DNA of 64,000 nucleotides, from contig NC_057718.1 in NCBI RefSeq assembly GCF_004010195.1, positions 94,965,994 to 95,029,993 of the forward strand, in the 5' to 3' direction. The DNA is from Chiloscyllium plagiosum. Taxonomy: Eukaryota. The notes beneath the pieces are model-generated. The model ran no database searches, was not told where the DNA came from, and saw only the letters and a list, made by a program, of their open reading frames with translations. A program made the translations under genes and the position numbers. The first letter of the stretch is position 1; the number at the start of each line of letters is the position of its first letter. Below, in pieces: positions 53,452-64,000 of this stretch.

Positions 53452-53507
53452 CTGTTCGACTCTTCTCCTTTATAGTAATCCGCAGCTTGTTCATAATGAG
53501 CAATTGC
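53452..53507 (-). CDS. NAPB: NAPB exon 6 (56 nt)
   Basis: AIAHYEQAADYYKGEESN; AG/GT boundaries. Confidence 0.95.
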
Positions 53508-53664
53508 CTGAGAAATTAAAACAAATACGTGACAGTGTTTAAAAGCCACAGTTCCATCTCTTTGCGGTCCTTACCATGTTCTCCCCATCTTCCCAATGAA
53601 TAGGTTCTTACTCCAACCCCCAGTACACAGGTAGGATGGTGCACTGTATTGGAGAAAGTATTTA

Positions 53665-53868
53665 TAGAGTCAGAGTTACAAAGCGTGGAAACATACCCTT
53701 CAGTCCAACTCGGCAAGCTGACCAGATATCATAAATTAATCTAATCCCATTTGCCAACATATGGCCCATATCCCTCTAAACCCTTCCTGTTCATATATCC
53801 AGTCAGGTGCTTTTTAACTGTTGCAATTGTATTGGCCTTCACACTTTCTCTGGTAGCTCATTCCACAT
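53665..53868 (-). mobile_element. CR1 3' tail (continues at 57707-58145)
   Basis: Matches 10167-10365. Confidence 0.85.
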
Positions 53869-53874
53869 GAAGTC

Positions 53875-55806
53875 TCACGGCTTCTGGTTAAACATGGGCA
53901 AGGAAACCTCTAACTGGTTACCACATCCTCCTTCGGCTGATGAATCAGTTATCCATATTGAGGAAGCACTGAGGGCAGCAACAGCGCAAAATGTACACTG
54001 GGTGGGGGATTTCAATGTCTACCACTAAGGGTGGCTCGGCAGCAGCATTACTCATCAAGCTGGTCAGGTCCTAAAGGACATAATGGCTAGACTGGGTCTG
54101 CAGCAGGTGGTGAAGGAACCAAGAAGAGGGAAAAAACATAATTGACCTCATCCTTACTCTTCTGCCGACTGCAGAAGGATCTGTCCAAGACAATATCGGT
54201 AAATGACCACCGCACTGTCCTTGTGGAGACAAAGTCCTGCCTTCACATTGAGAATAACCTCCATCTTGTTGTATGGCACTATCACTGTGCTAAATGGGAC
54301 AGACTTCGAACCAATTCAGCAGCTCAAGACTGGGCATCCATGAGGCGCTGTGGGCCATCAACAGAAGCAGCTGTTATCCAGCACAATCTGTAACCCTATG
54401 GACCTGGCATATCCCCCCATCAACCATTACCACCAAGCCAGGGGATCAACCCGGGTTTAATGGAGAGTGCAGGAGGGCATGCCAGCAGCAGCATCAGGCA
54501 TACCTGAAAATGAGGTGTCAACCTGGTGAAGCTTCCAAACAGGACTATTTGCGTGCCAAACAGCATAAACAGCAAGTGATAGACAGAGCTAAACGATCCC
54601 ACGACCAATGGATCAGATCTAAGCTCTGCAATCCTTCCACAGCTAGTCATGAATGATGGTGGACAATTAACAAGTCATTGAAGTAGGAGGCTCTACAAAT
54701 ATCCACCATCCTCAATGTTGCAGGAGCCCAGCACATCAATGCAAAAGATCAGGCTGATACATGCACAACAATCTTCAGTCAGAACTTCCGACTACATGAT
54801 CCATCTCGGGCTCCTCCAGTGTTCCCCAGTATTACAGATACCAGTCTCCACCCAATCGATTCACTCCACGTGATATCAAGAAACGCCTGGAGGCACTGGA
54901 TTCTGCAAAGGCAATGGGCCCTGATAAGATTCCAGCAATATTACTGAAGAGGTGTCCTCCCAACTTGCTGCTCCCCTTGCCAAGCTCTTCCAGGACAGTT
55001 ACAACACTGGCATCCACCCCGACAGTGCGGAAAATTGCCCAGGTATATCTTTACACAAGAAGCAGGACAAACCCTACCCGGCCAATTACCGCCCAATCAG
55101 TCTACTCTCGATCATCAGTGAAGTGATGGAAGGTGTCATCAATAGTGCTACCAAGCAGCACCTGCTCAGCAGCAACCTGCTCAGTGATGCCCAGTTTGGG
55201 TTTCGCCAGGGTCACCCGACTCCTGATCTCATTACAGTCTTCGTTCAAAACATGGACAGAAGAGCTGAATTCCAGAGGGGAGGTGAGAGTGACAGCCCTT
55301 GACACCAAGGCTGCATTTGACAGAGTATGGCATCAAGGAGACCTGGCAAAACTGGAATCAATGGGTATCAGGGGCAGACACTCCACTGGTTAGAGTCATA
55401 CCTGGCACAAAGGAAGATGGTTGCGAATGTAGAGGGTCAGTCTACTCAGCTCCAGGACATCCCTGCAGGAGTCCCTCAGGGTAGTGTCTTAGGCCCAACA
55501 ATCTTCAGCTACTTCATCAAGAACCTTCCCTCTGTCAAAGTCAGGAGTGGGGATATTTGCAGATGATTGCACACAGTGTTCAGCATCATTCACAACTCCT
55601 CAGATACTGAAGCAGTCTGTGCTCAAATGCAACAAAATCTGAACAATATCCAGGCTTGGGCCAACAGGTGGCAAGTAACATTTGCACACACAAATGCCAG
55701 ACAATAACCATCACCAATAAGAGACACTAACTACCACCCCTTGGCATTCAACAGTATTATCAATTAATCCCCCACTGTCAACATCCTTGAGTTTATCATT
55801 GACCAG
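53875..55806 (+). mobile_element. L2/Crack-like LINE internal fragment (APE + RT)
   Basis: WVGDFNV, NYRPISLLSIIS, QFGFRQG, ALDTKAAFDRVWHQG, GVPQGSVLGP; no 3' tail. Confidence 0.8.
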
Positions 55807-55809
55807 TAT

Positions 55810-57706
55810 CATTGATGCAGATGAACGATCCGGCAGCTGGGGGGGGGTGGAGAGATAGTAAACTGGATGCCATGTCCAGACTGCTGATGGAAATGGTCAA
55901 AGATGCCAAGCTGTATGACGTCTTCAGCACCCTTGCAGACGGAGCGCAGCATAGATACACCTGGTCACGGGCAGACGCGTCTATACGCTCAAGGATAGAT
56001 TACCTGTTTGCGTCCTGAAGGCTCTCGGTCAGATCCACCGACGTCAAGCCGGTGTTCTTCTCTGACCACTACCTCCTGCGGGCCGACTGGCACCTACAGG
56101 ATGAGCAGTGGGCTGGTAAGGGAACGTGGAAGCTGAACACCAAGCTGTTGACCCCGGGAAACATTGAGGAGCTCAAGAGGGACTACACAGGTTGGAGAAC
56201 CGTGAAGCCCCTCTGAGTCTCCAGCAGACTGGCAGGAAACAGTAAAAGGAAACATCAAGAGGTTCTTCATCCTCAAAAGGTGTTCACGAGGCGAGAGAGA
56301 GGTAGGGAGAACTGTCCCAACTCCAGGAAAGTATGCAGAACCTGCTCCTGCTGCAGACAATGGGGGTGGATGTCACAGAGGATTCATCCTGACCAAACCT
56401 GTGCTGTACTGGGCAGGAGGATTTCTGAGAGTCTCGCACTCCTCAGGGATACAATCGCCTACGTGCAGGACCGGGGGTTGGACAACTGCCTCATCAGCCT
56501 GGACCAGGAGAAAGCCTTTGACAGGATATCGCATACGTATATGAGAGATGTTCTCTCCAAAATGGGCCTTGGGGAGGGAATCTGCAATTGGATCAGACTG
56601 CTCTACACCAACATTGTCAGTGCAGTTTCAGTTTCAATCAATGGGTGGGTATCAGACAGCTTCCCAGTCACATTTGGAGTCAGGCAGGGCTGCCCTCTCT
56701 CTCCTTCCTGCTTTGTGTGCTGCATAGAGCCATTTGCCGAGTCCGACAGGAAGGATGCGAGCCTGAGGGGTGACTATTCCCGCCAGCTGGGGCCTACAGG
56801 TTAAGGCCTCCCTGTACATGGATGACGTTGCTGTTTTCTGCTCGGATCCGCTGTCCGTGTACAGACTCATATGACCAGTTCGAACGGGCCTCGGGGGCCA
56901 AGGTAAACCGAGGCAAGAGTGAGGTCATGCTCTTCGGGAACTGGGCCGCCAACCCTCCATCCCCTTCACCGTCAAGTCTGACCACCTGAAGGTATTTGGT
57001 TCAGAGGCGCTGGTGCGTGCGCCAAATCAGGAAAGTGAGGCAGAAACTGGGCAGATGGAAGCAACGGTTGCTCTCCATCGTGGTTAAAAATCTGGTCATC
57101 AGGTGTGAGGCACTGTCATTGGTGTTATATGTGGCACAGGTCTGGCCTATTCCCAGAACCTGTGCCGCCGCAGTCACCCGGGCCATCTTCCACTTCATGT
57201 GGCGATCAAAGATGGACCGAGTCCGAAGGGACTCGATGTATAAAGATCTGGGCAATGGGGGGAAAAAAAACACACCCAATGCCACCCTCACCCTGATGGC
57301 CACCTTTGTGTGTGGCTGCATCAAGTTGTGCATAGATCCCCAGTACGCAAACACCAAGTGTCACTATGTACTGAGGTTCTACCTGTCCCCGGTGTTGCGA
57401 AGGATGGGCCTGGCCTCGCTGCCGCGGAACACTCCAAGTAGTTGGACCGTTCCATATCACCTGTCCTTCGTGGAGAAATTTATGAAGAAAAACACCTTTG
57501 ACCATAAGTCCATCAAGAAGTGGTCAGCACGTAGTGTCCTTGAGACCCTTCGGGAAAAGGAGAGGGCAGATCCTATCAAGTGGTTCCCTAAGCAGACTGT
57601 CAAAGTCATTTGGCAGAATGCCTCATCGCCAAAACTTTCCAACAAGCACCAAGACATGGCTTGGCTGGTGGTGAGAAGGGTTCTGCCTGTGAGATCGTCT
57701 ATGCAC
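55810..57706 (+). mobile_element. Tx1-like LINE internal fragment with internal deletion near 56380
   Basis: YTWSR...SRIDYLF, SDH, WKLNTKLL, ISLDQEKAFDRISH, GVRQGCPLSP, LYMDDV; no 3' tail. Confidence 0.85.
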
Positions 57707-58145
57707 GCGTGAAAGAGTTAGTTAGGTCCCTTTTAAAATCTTTCCCCTTTCACCTTAAACCTATGTCCTCTAGTTCTGGACTCCCCGACCTCAGGGAAAA
57801 TATCTTGACTATTTAACCTGATGATTTTATAATCCTCTAAGGTCACCCCTCAGCCTCCAACGCTCCAGAGAAAACAGCCCGAGCCTATTCAGCTTCTCTC
57901 TATAACTCAAACCCTCCAATTCTGGCAACATCCTTGTAAATCTTTTCTGAATCCTTTCAAGTTTTACAACATTTTTTGTATAGCAGAAAGACCAGAATTG
58001 AACACAGTATTCCTTCATTTTGAAGGAACTATGAACCTGCACTCAAAAGGTCCCTTTGTTCGGCAACACTCCCAGGACCTTATCATTAAAAGGTGTATAA
58101 GTCCTGTCCTAATTTGCCTTTCCAAAAAAAAATGCAGCACCTCAC
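57707..58145 (-). mobile_element. CR1 fragment, upstream continuation of 53665-53868
   Basis: Matches 10381 onward. Confidence 0.85.
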
Positions 58146-59439
58146 CATTATTTGTTTATTTTGTCAAACTTTTCATAAAACGCAACAATGCAATTAGTCA
58201 TCCAAATGAATAGATCAATTGTTTCTGGTTTTCAAATTTTGAATTATTGCAAACATTAGCAATATGTAACTGCTATAAACAAAGATAATTTTCTAATATA
58301 GACTTCAAAACTATCAAGGCCACTTTATTATTCAAGAGACAACATCCAAAAATATTAATAACTTAGTCATTGAAATTGTGAGAGCTTTGAAAACTTTTAC
58401 TGGGCAGAGAGTGGCAAGAGTACTTTGACAAATAATGTTCAAAGGAAACTACTAAGGATTTATAAAGCATCAGTTACTAACATATATTTTTTGAACCCAG
58501 AGGTATTAAAAAAAGGAAGGAATCCCCACGACACCAACTGAAATAAAATATTTCACTTTGTAAAACTTTTACTGCAACAAACCAATCAAAATCAACATAA
58601 TTCAAACAGTATTTAACAAGAGAAGGATATTTCAAATTGAAAAGTAAGTTTCACTTCAAATAGTCAAAGATATACCTTAAGTAGTTACAAGCCTTCACAT
58701 TACTTCCCACATAAATGTGAACCGTATCCAAACTGTCTCCAAATCTTTCCTACTCAAGTCAGTTCAGCCCTTGAATAAATTTCATCATCCAAAATCTCTG
58801 GATGTTGTTAATACCAGCAATTATCACTCTCATACAAGTCATATCAGTGCTGATGCTACAGAGTCCCAAGAAATTTCTTTGTCAATCCCTTAAAATGTTC
58901 TGGTTTGCTCTGGTAAACTGGAACAGGAGCAATTGGTCTTTTCCAATCCATCATTTCCTGTTCTTCCCATCTCCAGTTCACTGGAAGTTACAACTGCATA
59001 CAGTCTCTGTCCTATTCACACAGAATTGCTTCCAATTAAGATGTTAAATAGAAAACAGATCCATTTACATACTGTCTCTCTTGCTTTCAGACTCACCAAT
59101 TCTGCATGTTCTGAACAAACTCATTAACTTTCTATTAACCTTTTTGCTACATACCTTTTTTTATTAATCCCCAGGCAATCTCAGGTGACACTGACATTCA
59201 TTGGACTCTGGGTATCATAACCAGTTAAAAGAAAAGTCTTTCAGAATACTCCCAAGTTCACTTTAGTCTTAACATGCTAAAGGGGACATCACACAACAAA
59301 ATGTTTTTCCCCCCCAGAATGTATAATCGCCATTAACAGTGACTGTAATCTGATTTTACAATGAATGACAAAGAGCTGAAAACAATTAGGGTGAAGAGCA
59401 CGGAGTGTGTAGAAAAAAAGATTTAGCCTAACACAATAC

Positions 59440-59517
59440 CTTTTCAATATCTACCAGCTCAGATTCATAAATCTCTGCGATGGTGATATGGTGTTTTGCT
59501 GCAATTGTAAACCTCCC
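59440..59517 (-). CDS. NAPB: NAPB exon 5 (78 nt)
   Basis: [30 protein letters not shown] boundaries. Confidence 0.95.
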
Positions 59518-59666
59518 CTGTAAAATAAAAACAAAATCAAAGAATGCAGTGAGTTGTTTCTGGAGATGTCAAATGGTATTTATTATGCAAACATCATCAG
59601 TTACTCTGCAGAGTCGAGTTACATTGATCTCCTTCTGAACACAGCAAAGTTAATGAAGCTTCTTAC

Positions 59667-59713
59667 CATATCCGTGTATATGTCAATAGCAGCATTTAAG
59701 CAGTTGATGGCCT
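59667..59713 (-). CDS. NAPB: NAPB exon 4 (47 nt)
   Basis: (E)AINCLNAAIDIYTDM; cag| acceptor, |gtaag donor. Confidence 0.95.
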
Positions 59714-60176
59714 CTGTGGGGAAAACAACAAAAGCTAATTCAGAAAAGCAATGCTTCCAGTGTTTCAGTGTTCAATTTATAAAATGTATCTCAGTCATTT
59801 CACTTTACATTTTAAAATAAAAAATAAGAAGTGAGCTAAGGAGTCCCACAAACATATAAATTAAAAAGAGGAGTCAGCTATTCAGCCTACAGAGCCTGTC
59901 CTGCCATTCAACAAGATCACAGCCCATTTGATTTACTGCACCTTGTGCCTACTTTCATAATCTTTTGCCCCTTATGAATCTAATCTCTGCTGTAAAAATA
60001 TCCAAAGAAAGGAAGTAAGTTCCTAAGACTGTGTGAGGGGAAAAAACTTCATCCTCATCTCCACCTTACATTGGCCACTCCTTATTTTTAAAAAGTGACC
60101 CCCTTAAATCTAGATACTTCTAGAAGAGAAACATCTTTCGCACGCACGCTTTCTCAAGAGCCAAGATCCTGCATGA

Positions 60177-60497
60177 GCGGTTAGCACTGCTGCCTTACAG
60201 TGCCAGGGACCCGGGTTCAATTCCCAGCATTAGGGGCAGCTGTCTGTGTGGAGTTTACACGTTCTCCCAGTGTCTGCGTGGGTTTGCTCTGGTTTCCCTC
60301 CAAAGGTTTGCAGGTTAGGGGGATTGGCCTTGCTAAATTGTCCATGGGTGTCCAGAGATGTACAAGCTGTGGATTGGGAAACACAGGGTTACAGGGATAG
60401 GGTAGGCAGTTGGGTCTGGGTGAGATGGTCTTCGGGCATCAGTGTGGACTCAATGGGCTGAGTGACCTGCACCCACATTGTAGGGAATTCTATGATT
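60177..60497 (+). mobile_element. HE1-type SINE
   Basis: ggttagcactgctgcc...ggttcaattcc head (A/B boxes) and shared core. Confidence 0.85.
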
Positions 60498-61154
60498 TTA
60501 AGAATTCAGTGCCTCTTCTAAACTCTAGCAGATACAGGCCTAGCCTGTCCAACTTTTCCCCACAAGACAATCTGTCTATTCCAGGTGTTAGTGATCTTCC
60601 TCTGAACTGCTTCCAATGCTTTTCCATCCTTCCTTAAATAAGCAGACCAATACAGTACACAGTAATCCAATTACAGTCTCACCCATGCCCTGTGTAACTG
60701 AAGCGTAACAATGATACCAATTTGTTTCTTTGGTATCCAGGAGTTAATTAGGATGCAGGTAAATAAGTTGCCAACTTGTGCAGATTATTTATGTGGAAAG
60801 CCTGACAGGTTCAGCTACAAATGAGCCACGTTAAAGGTTTGGCTGAGCATCGTAAGTTGGTTATCAGGCACATTCCAGATTGTTCAGTCAGCGCTGCCCA
60901 AATGCAAAATCACTTCTAAACAGAGACATTTTGTTTTGGGTGTGCAAGTGTTGTCTATACACCACTTATTATGAAGAAAGCATGTGGTTTAAGCAGAAAG
61001 CAGGGTCACTGTGTGAGTTTTTTCCATCACCAAACTAACTGAGCTTTCTTAAAAAAATGTAAGAACTGATGTTTTGTACAGACCTCTTAACTCTAGGCCT
61101 GACCAATCTCTCTGGGCCTCCCATGCACTGCAAACTTGTCTTTATTGAACTTCA

Positions 61155-61480
61155 TTAGATTAGATTAGATTCCCTCCGATATGGAAACAGGCCTCTCGGC
61201 CCAACAAGTCCACAACGACCCTCTGAAGAGTAACCTACCCAGACCCATTCCCCTACCCTACGTTTACCCCCAATTAATGCAGCTAACACTGTGGACAATT
61301 TAGCATGGCCAATTCATGGCATATCTTTGGAGTGTGGAATGGAAACCGGAGCACCTGAGGAAACCCACGAAGACACAGGGAGAATGTGCAAACTCCACAG
61401 AGATAGTCACCCGAGGCAGGAATCGAACCTGGGTCCCTGGCAGTGAGAGACAACAGTGCTAACCACTGAGCCACCGTGCC
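61155..61480 (-). mobile_element. HE1-type SINE
   Basis: Full head and (attag)n tail. Confidence 0.9.
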
Positions 61481-61954
61481 GTTACTGTTACCTGTGGCCA
61501 GACTCCCCTCCCATTCTCTTCAAACTTATTCTGCTGGATAAAACCAAGAAGTGTGAACAAAATGAGGACTTTAGATTTTCCTTTCTCCTGGTACCAGTCC
61601 ATTTCTTTCTCATTTTGTAGCTGGTTATGAGGACGTTGGGTGACTGCAGCAGTCCCTGTACACCACTGGCACTGGGTGGCTTTCAGCTTAAAACTGGAGC
61701 ACTCTCCTTGCCTGCATCGCCCACAGCACAACTAACAACACTTCCACGGCACAGGAAACCCACATTCATCAGAAACATCAATGGAGCAACAATGCAGATG
61801 CTGTGAGGACACCGGTTCAAATCCCACCACAGCAGCTGACAGAAGTTTTCAATTCAATTAATTAAAATTCGGAATTAAAACCTTTTCTGAACAAAGATGA
61901 CCGTGACAACCAATATTGATTGTTTCATTTGGTTCACTACTGCCCTTTAGTGGC

Positions 61955-62355
61955 TACGAAGAGAGGCTGGATAGACTCTGGCTGTTTTCTTTGGAACACA
62001 GAAGGCTGAGGGAGGAGTGTGATAGAGGTGTACACAGGGGGGTGCATGAACAGGATGGATAGGAAACAGCTGTCCCCTTTACTTGAAGGATTGATAACAA
62101 GACAGGGCATTATTTTAATGTGAAGGGCAGGATGTTCACAGGGGATTTCAGGAAAACGATTTGCACCCAGATGGTGCCAGGAATCTGGGATGCACTGCCT
62201 CGGAGGGTAAGAGAGACTGGTCATCTCACAACATTTAAAATGCATGCGGAGGGGTGCGCTCATTGTCATAACATTCAAGGCTGGATAGTGGAATTAGCGG
62301 AGATAGGTCAGCTAGACAGGATAGGCTGAAAGCCCTCTTCTGTGCTGTATGATTA
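61955..62355 (+). mobile_element. Old CR1 3' fragment
   Basis: Degenerate ORF2 end and tail. Confidence 0.65.
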
Positions 62356-63333
62356 TGTGAGGGAAATCTTATTTGGTCCGAACGAGACATACAGAAATGC
62401 AGTGGACTCTTGTATGTTACTCAATTCAGGGGCAATTAGGGATAGGCAGGAAATACTGGCCTTACCAGAGACAAACAAATGCCGTAAAGGAATAAAGATG
62501 TGGGATGGAATGCAGGGTGGAATGGGATGTGGGATGGAAGCAGAAAAGCCCGAAATGTTGACTCTCCTGCTCCTCAGATGCTGCTTGATCAGCTGTGCTT
62601 GTCCAGCACCACACTCTGACTTGAGAATGTAGGAAAAAATAGAATATTGTTCATTGTCACGTGTACTCAAATACAGACGTACAGTGAAAAGTGAACAATG
62701 TCACCACTTATAACACCATGTTGTTAGGTACAAATCCTAGATACAAAAAGAGGACTAAAAATGAATAGTAGTAACATTACTTTGCAGTGATCTATTGTAT
62801 AAGTTAGAAATATGACAGCTATAGATCTCTCTCTAAACCTGCTACATTGCTGAATTTAATACTCCCCCCAGGCCAAATTCCAAGTCTGCAAGGCAAAGCT
62901 TTCACATGCCAGAAGCTAATGTAAGTTTAGAAAAAGAGAGGGGTCTCCATTAAAACTCAGCACAGCATGCCCTCTGAATGTCTGCTGCAGCTGGGTCTAT
63001 CACAGCTGGTTCTCCTCTCCCTTACAAAGCAGGTGGTCTGGTTCAAACCTGGTTTGGAGAGCCGTGTAAATGCTTGGTGCATGATGCTTGTTTCTGTGAT
63101 AAAGTCAGCCACAGATCAGCCAATATCTTTCGTTTGCGGCTCAGAGCAGGGACACGCTGCCGCAAAGCCACTTGCTTCTGAGCAGTTAAAGCAAGAGCTG
63201 GAGAACAATTAGAGGTAGAGGGACCAAAGTGCTTGAGGAAGAGTTAATATGATTCTGTTTCTCCCCCTCACTTGAACAAAATGTCTGAATAAGTAAATCA
63301 GGCAGGAGCTCGGCAATATAAAGGGTCACCTAC

Positions 63334-63450
63334 CTTGTGGGTCTGCCTTCTTGTACGCATTCCCAGCATCCACAAAACTGGTGGCAGCATCGTGTTTGCT
63401 TTGTAACTGGAGGTGCAGTTTGGCGGCTTGGCAAAACGCATTCCCTGCAG
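63334..63450 (-). CDS. NAPB: NAPB exon 3 (117 nt)
   Basis: [42 protein letters not shown] boundaries. Confidence 0.95.
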
Positions 63451-63620
63451 CTGGTCAATGCAAAGAAAACAGTAACATCTACTGCACGTCAGCACATGGT
63501 GAAATAGCAACATTATCTATGGAATCTAAGGAGAGTCAGAACATCTAAACACGTTATAAGTTATGACTTTGGCAATGATTAAATGCTCTCAGGCTGATCA
63601 ACAGTTCTAAATGTAGGAGT

Positions 63621-63822
63621 AAATTACTGCAGATGCTGGAATCTGTACTGAAAACAACAAATGGTCAGACAGCATCCTTGAATAGAGAGCAATCTAACAT
63701 TTTTTAGTCTAGATGACCCTATCATAGCTGACTCTGAAGAAGAGTCAACTAGACTCAATGTTAGCATGCTCTCTCTTCATGGATGCTGTCTGACCCACTG
63801 GGATCTCCAGCATTTGTTGTTA
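63621..63822. mobile_element. Degenerate Penelope-like inverted repeat
   Basis: gtcagacagcatcc...gagagc / gctctc...ggatgctgtctgac arms; decayed ctgaaga-a-gagtc-aacta-gactc hammerhead-like core. Confidence 0.6.
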
Positions 63823-64000
63823 GCTGTCAACAGTTCTACCCTACAGTATCGCACAGTAGCAGGACACATGGACATGTTTTGATGTGTATTTTAATTTGTC
63901 AACACAACAGCATTACTTCATATCAACGATATTATAATATCTGCTCTTCATAGTTCCTCTGTGCTGCAGTGTATGATGGCTCATTTAAATAATGAGCTCA

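Larger units (their letters stand above)
40308..63450 (-). other. NAPB: NAPB (beta-soluble NSF attachment protein) gene, partial; 9 coding exons in window
   Basis: The spliced product reads [80 protein letters not shown]...[11 protein letters not shown]. Beta-type residues ([29 protein letters not shown]) and GZF1 synteny favour NAPB over NAPA. Confidence 0.93.

Noticed and set aside
56996..57712. 238-aa ORF (also 8214-8897 and 56280-56804) as novel genes
   Set aside because: They are fragments of Tx1 and CR1 ORF2.
40308..63450. Assignment as NAPA (alpha-SNAP)
   Set aside because: Diagnostic residues and the GZF1 neighbourhood indicate NAPB.

Overview
Vertebrate genomic DNA, almost certainly an elasmobranch (shark), inferred from HE1-type SINEs and HER1/CR1 LINEs. 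It holds two convergent protein-coding genes. GZF1/ZBTB23 (+) has a complete 5-exon CDS, join(6227..7650,12982..13076,20890..21057,21555..21712,24600..25262), encoding 835 aa with a BTB domain and 10 C2H2 fingers. NAPB/beta-SNAP (-) has 9 coding exons (3-11 by mammalian numbering) from 63450 to the stop at 40308; its first exons lie beyond the window. Introns and intergenic DNA are packed with CR1, L2/Crack-like and Tx1-like LINEs, HE1 and Deu-type SINEs, a Tc2/pogo-like DNA element and Penelope-like (PLE) relics. The most notable signals are two PLE-derived palindromes carrying minimal hammerhead-ribozyme motifs on both strands (18301-18818, and a very young TSD-flanked one at 34110-34352). 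Others are a tail-less L2+Tx1 chimera splitting a CR1, a twin-priming-type inverted CR1, and inverted repeats around GZF1 exon 2. All calls were made by eye; no searches were run.
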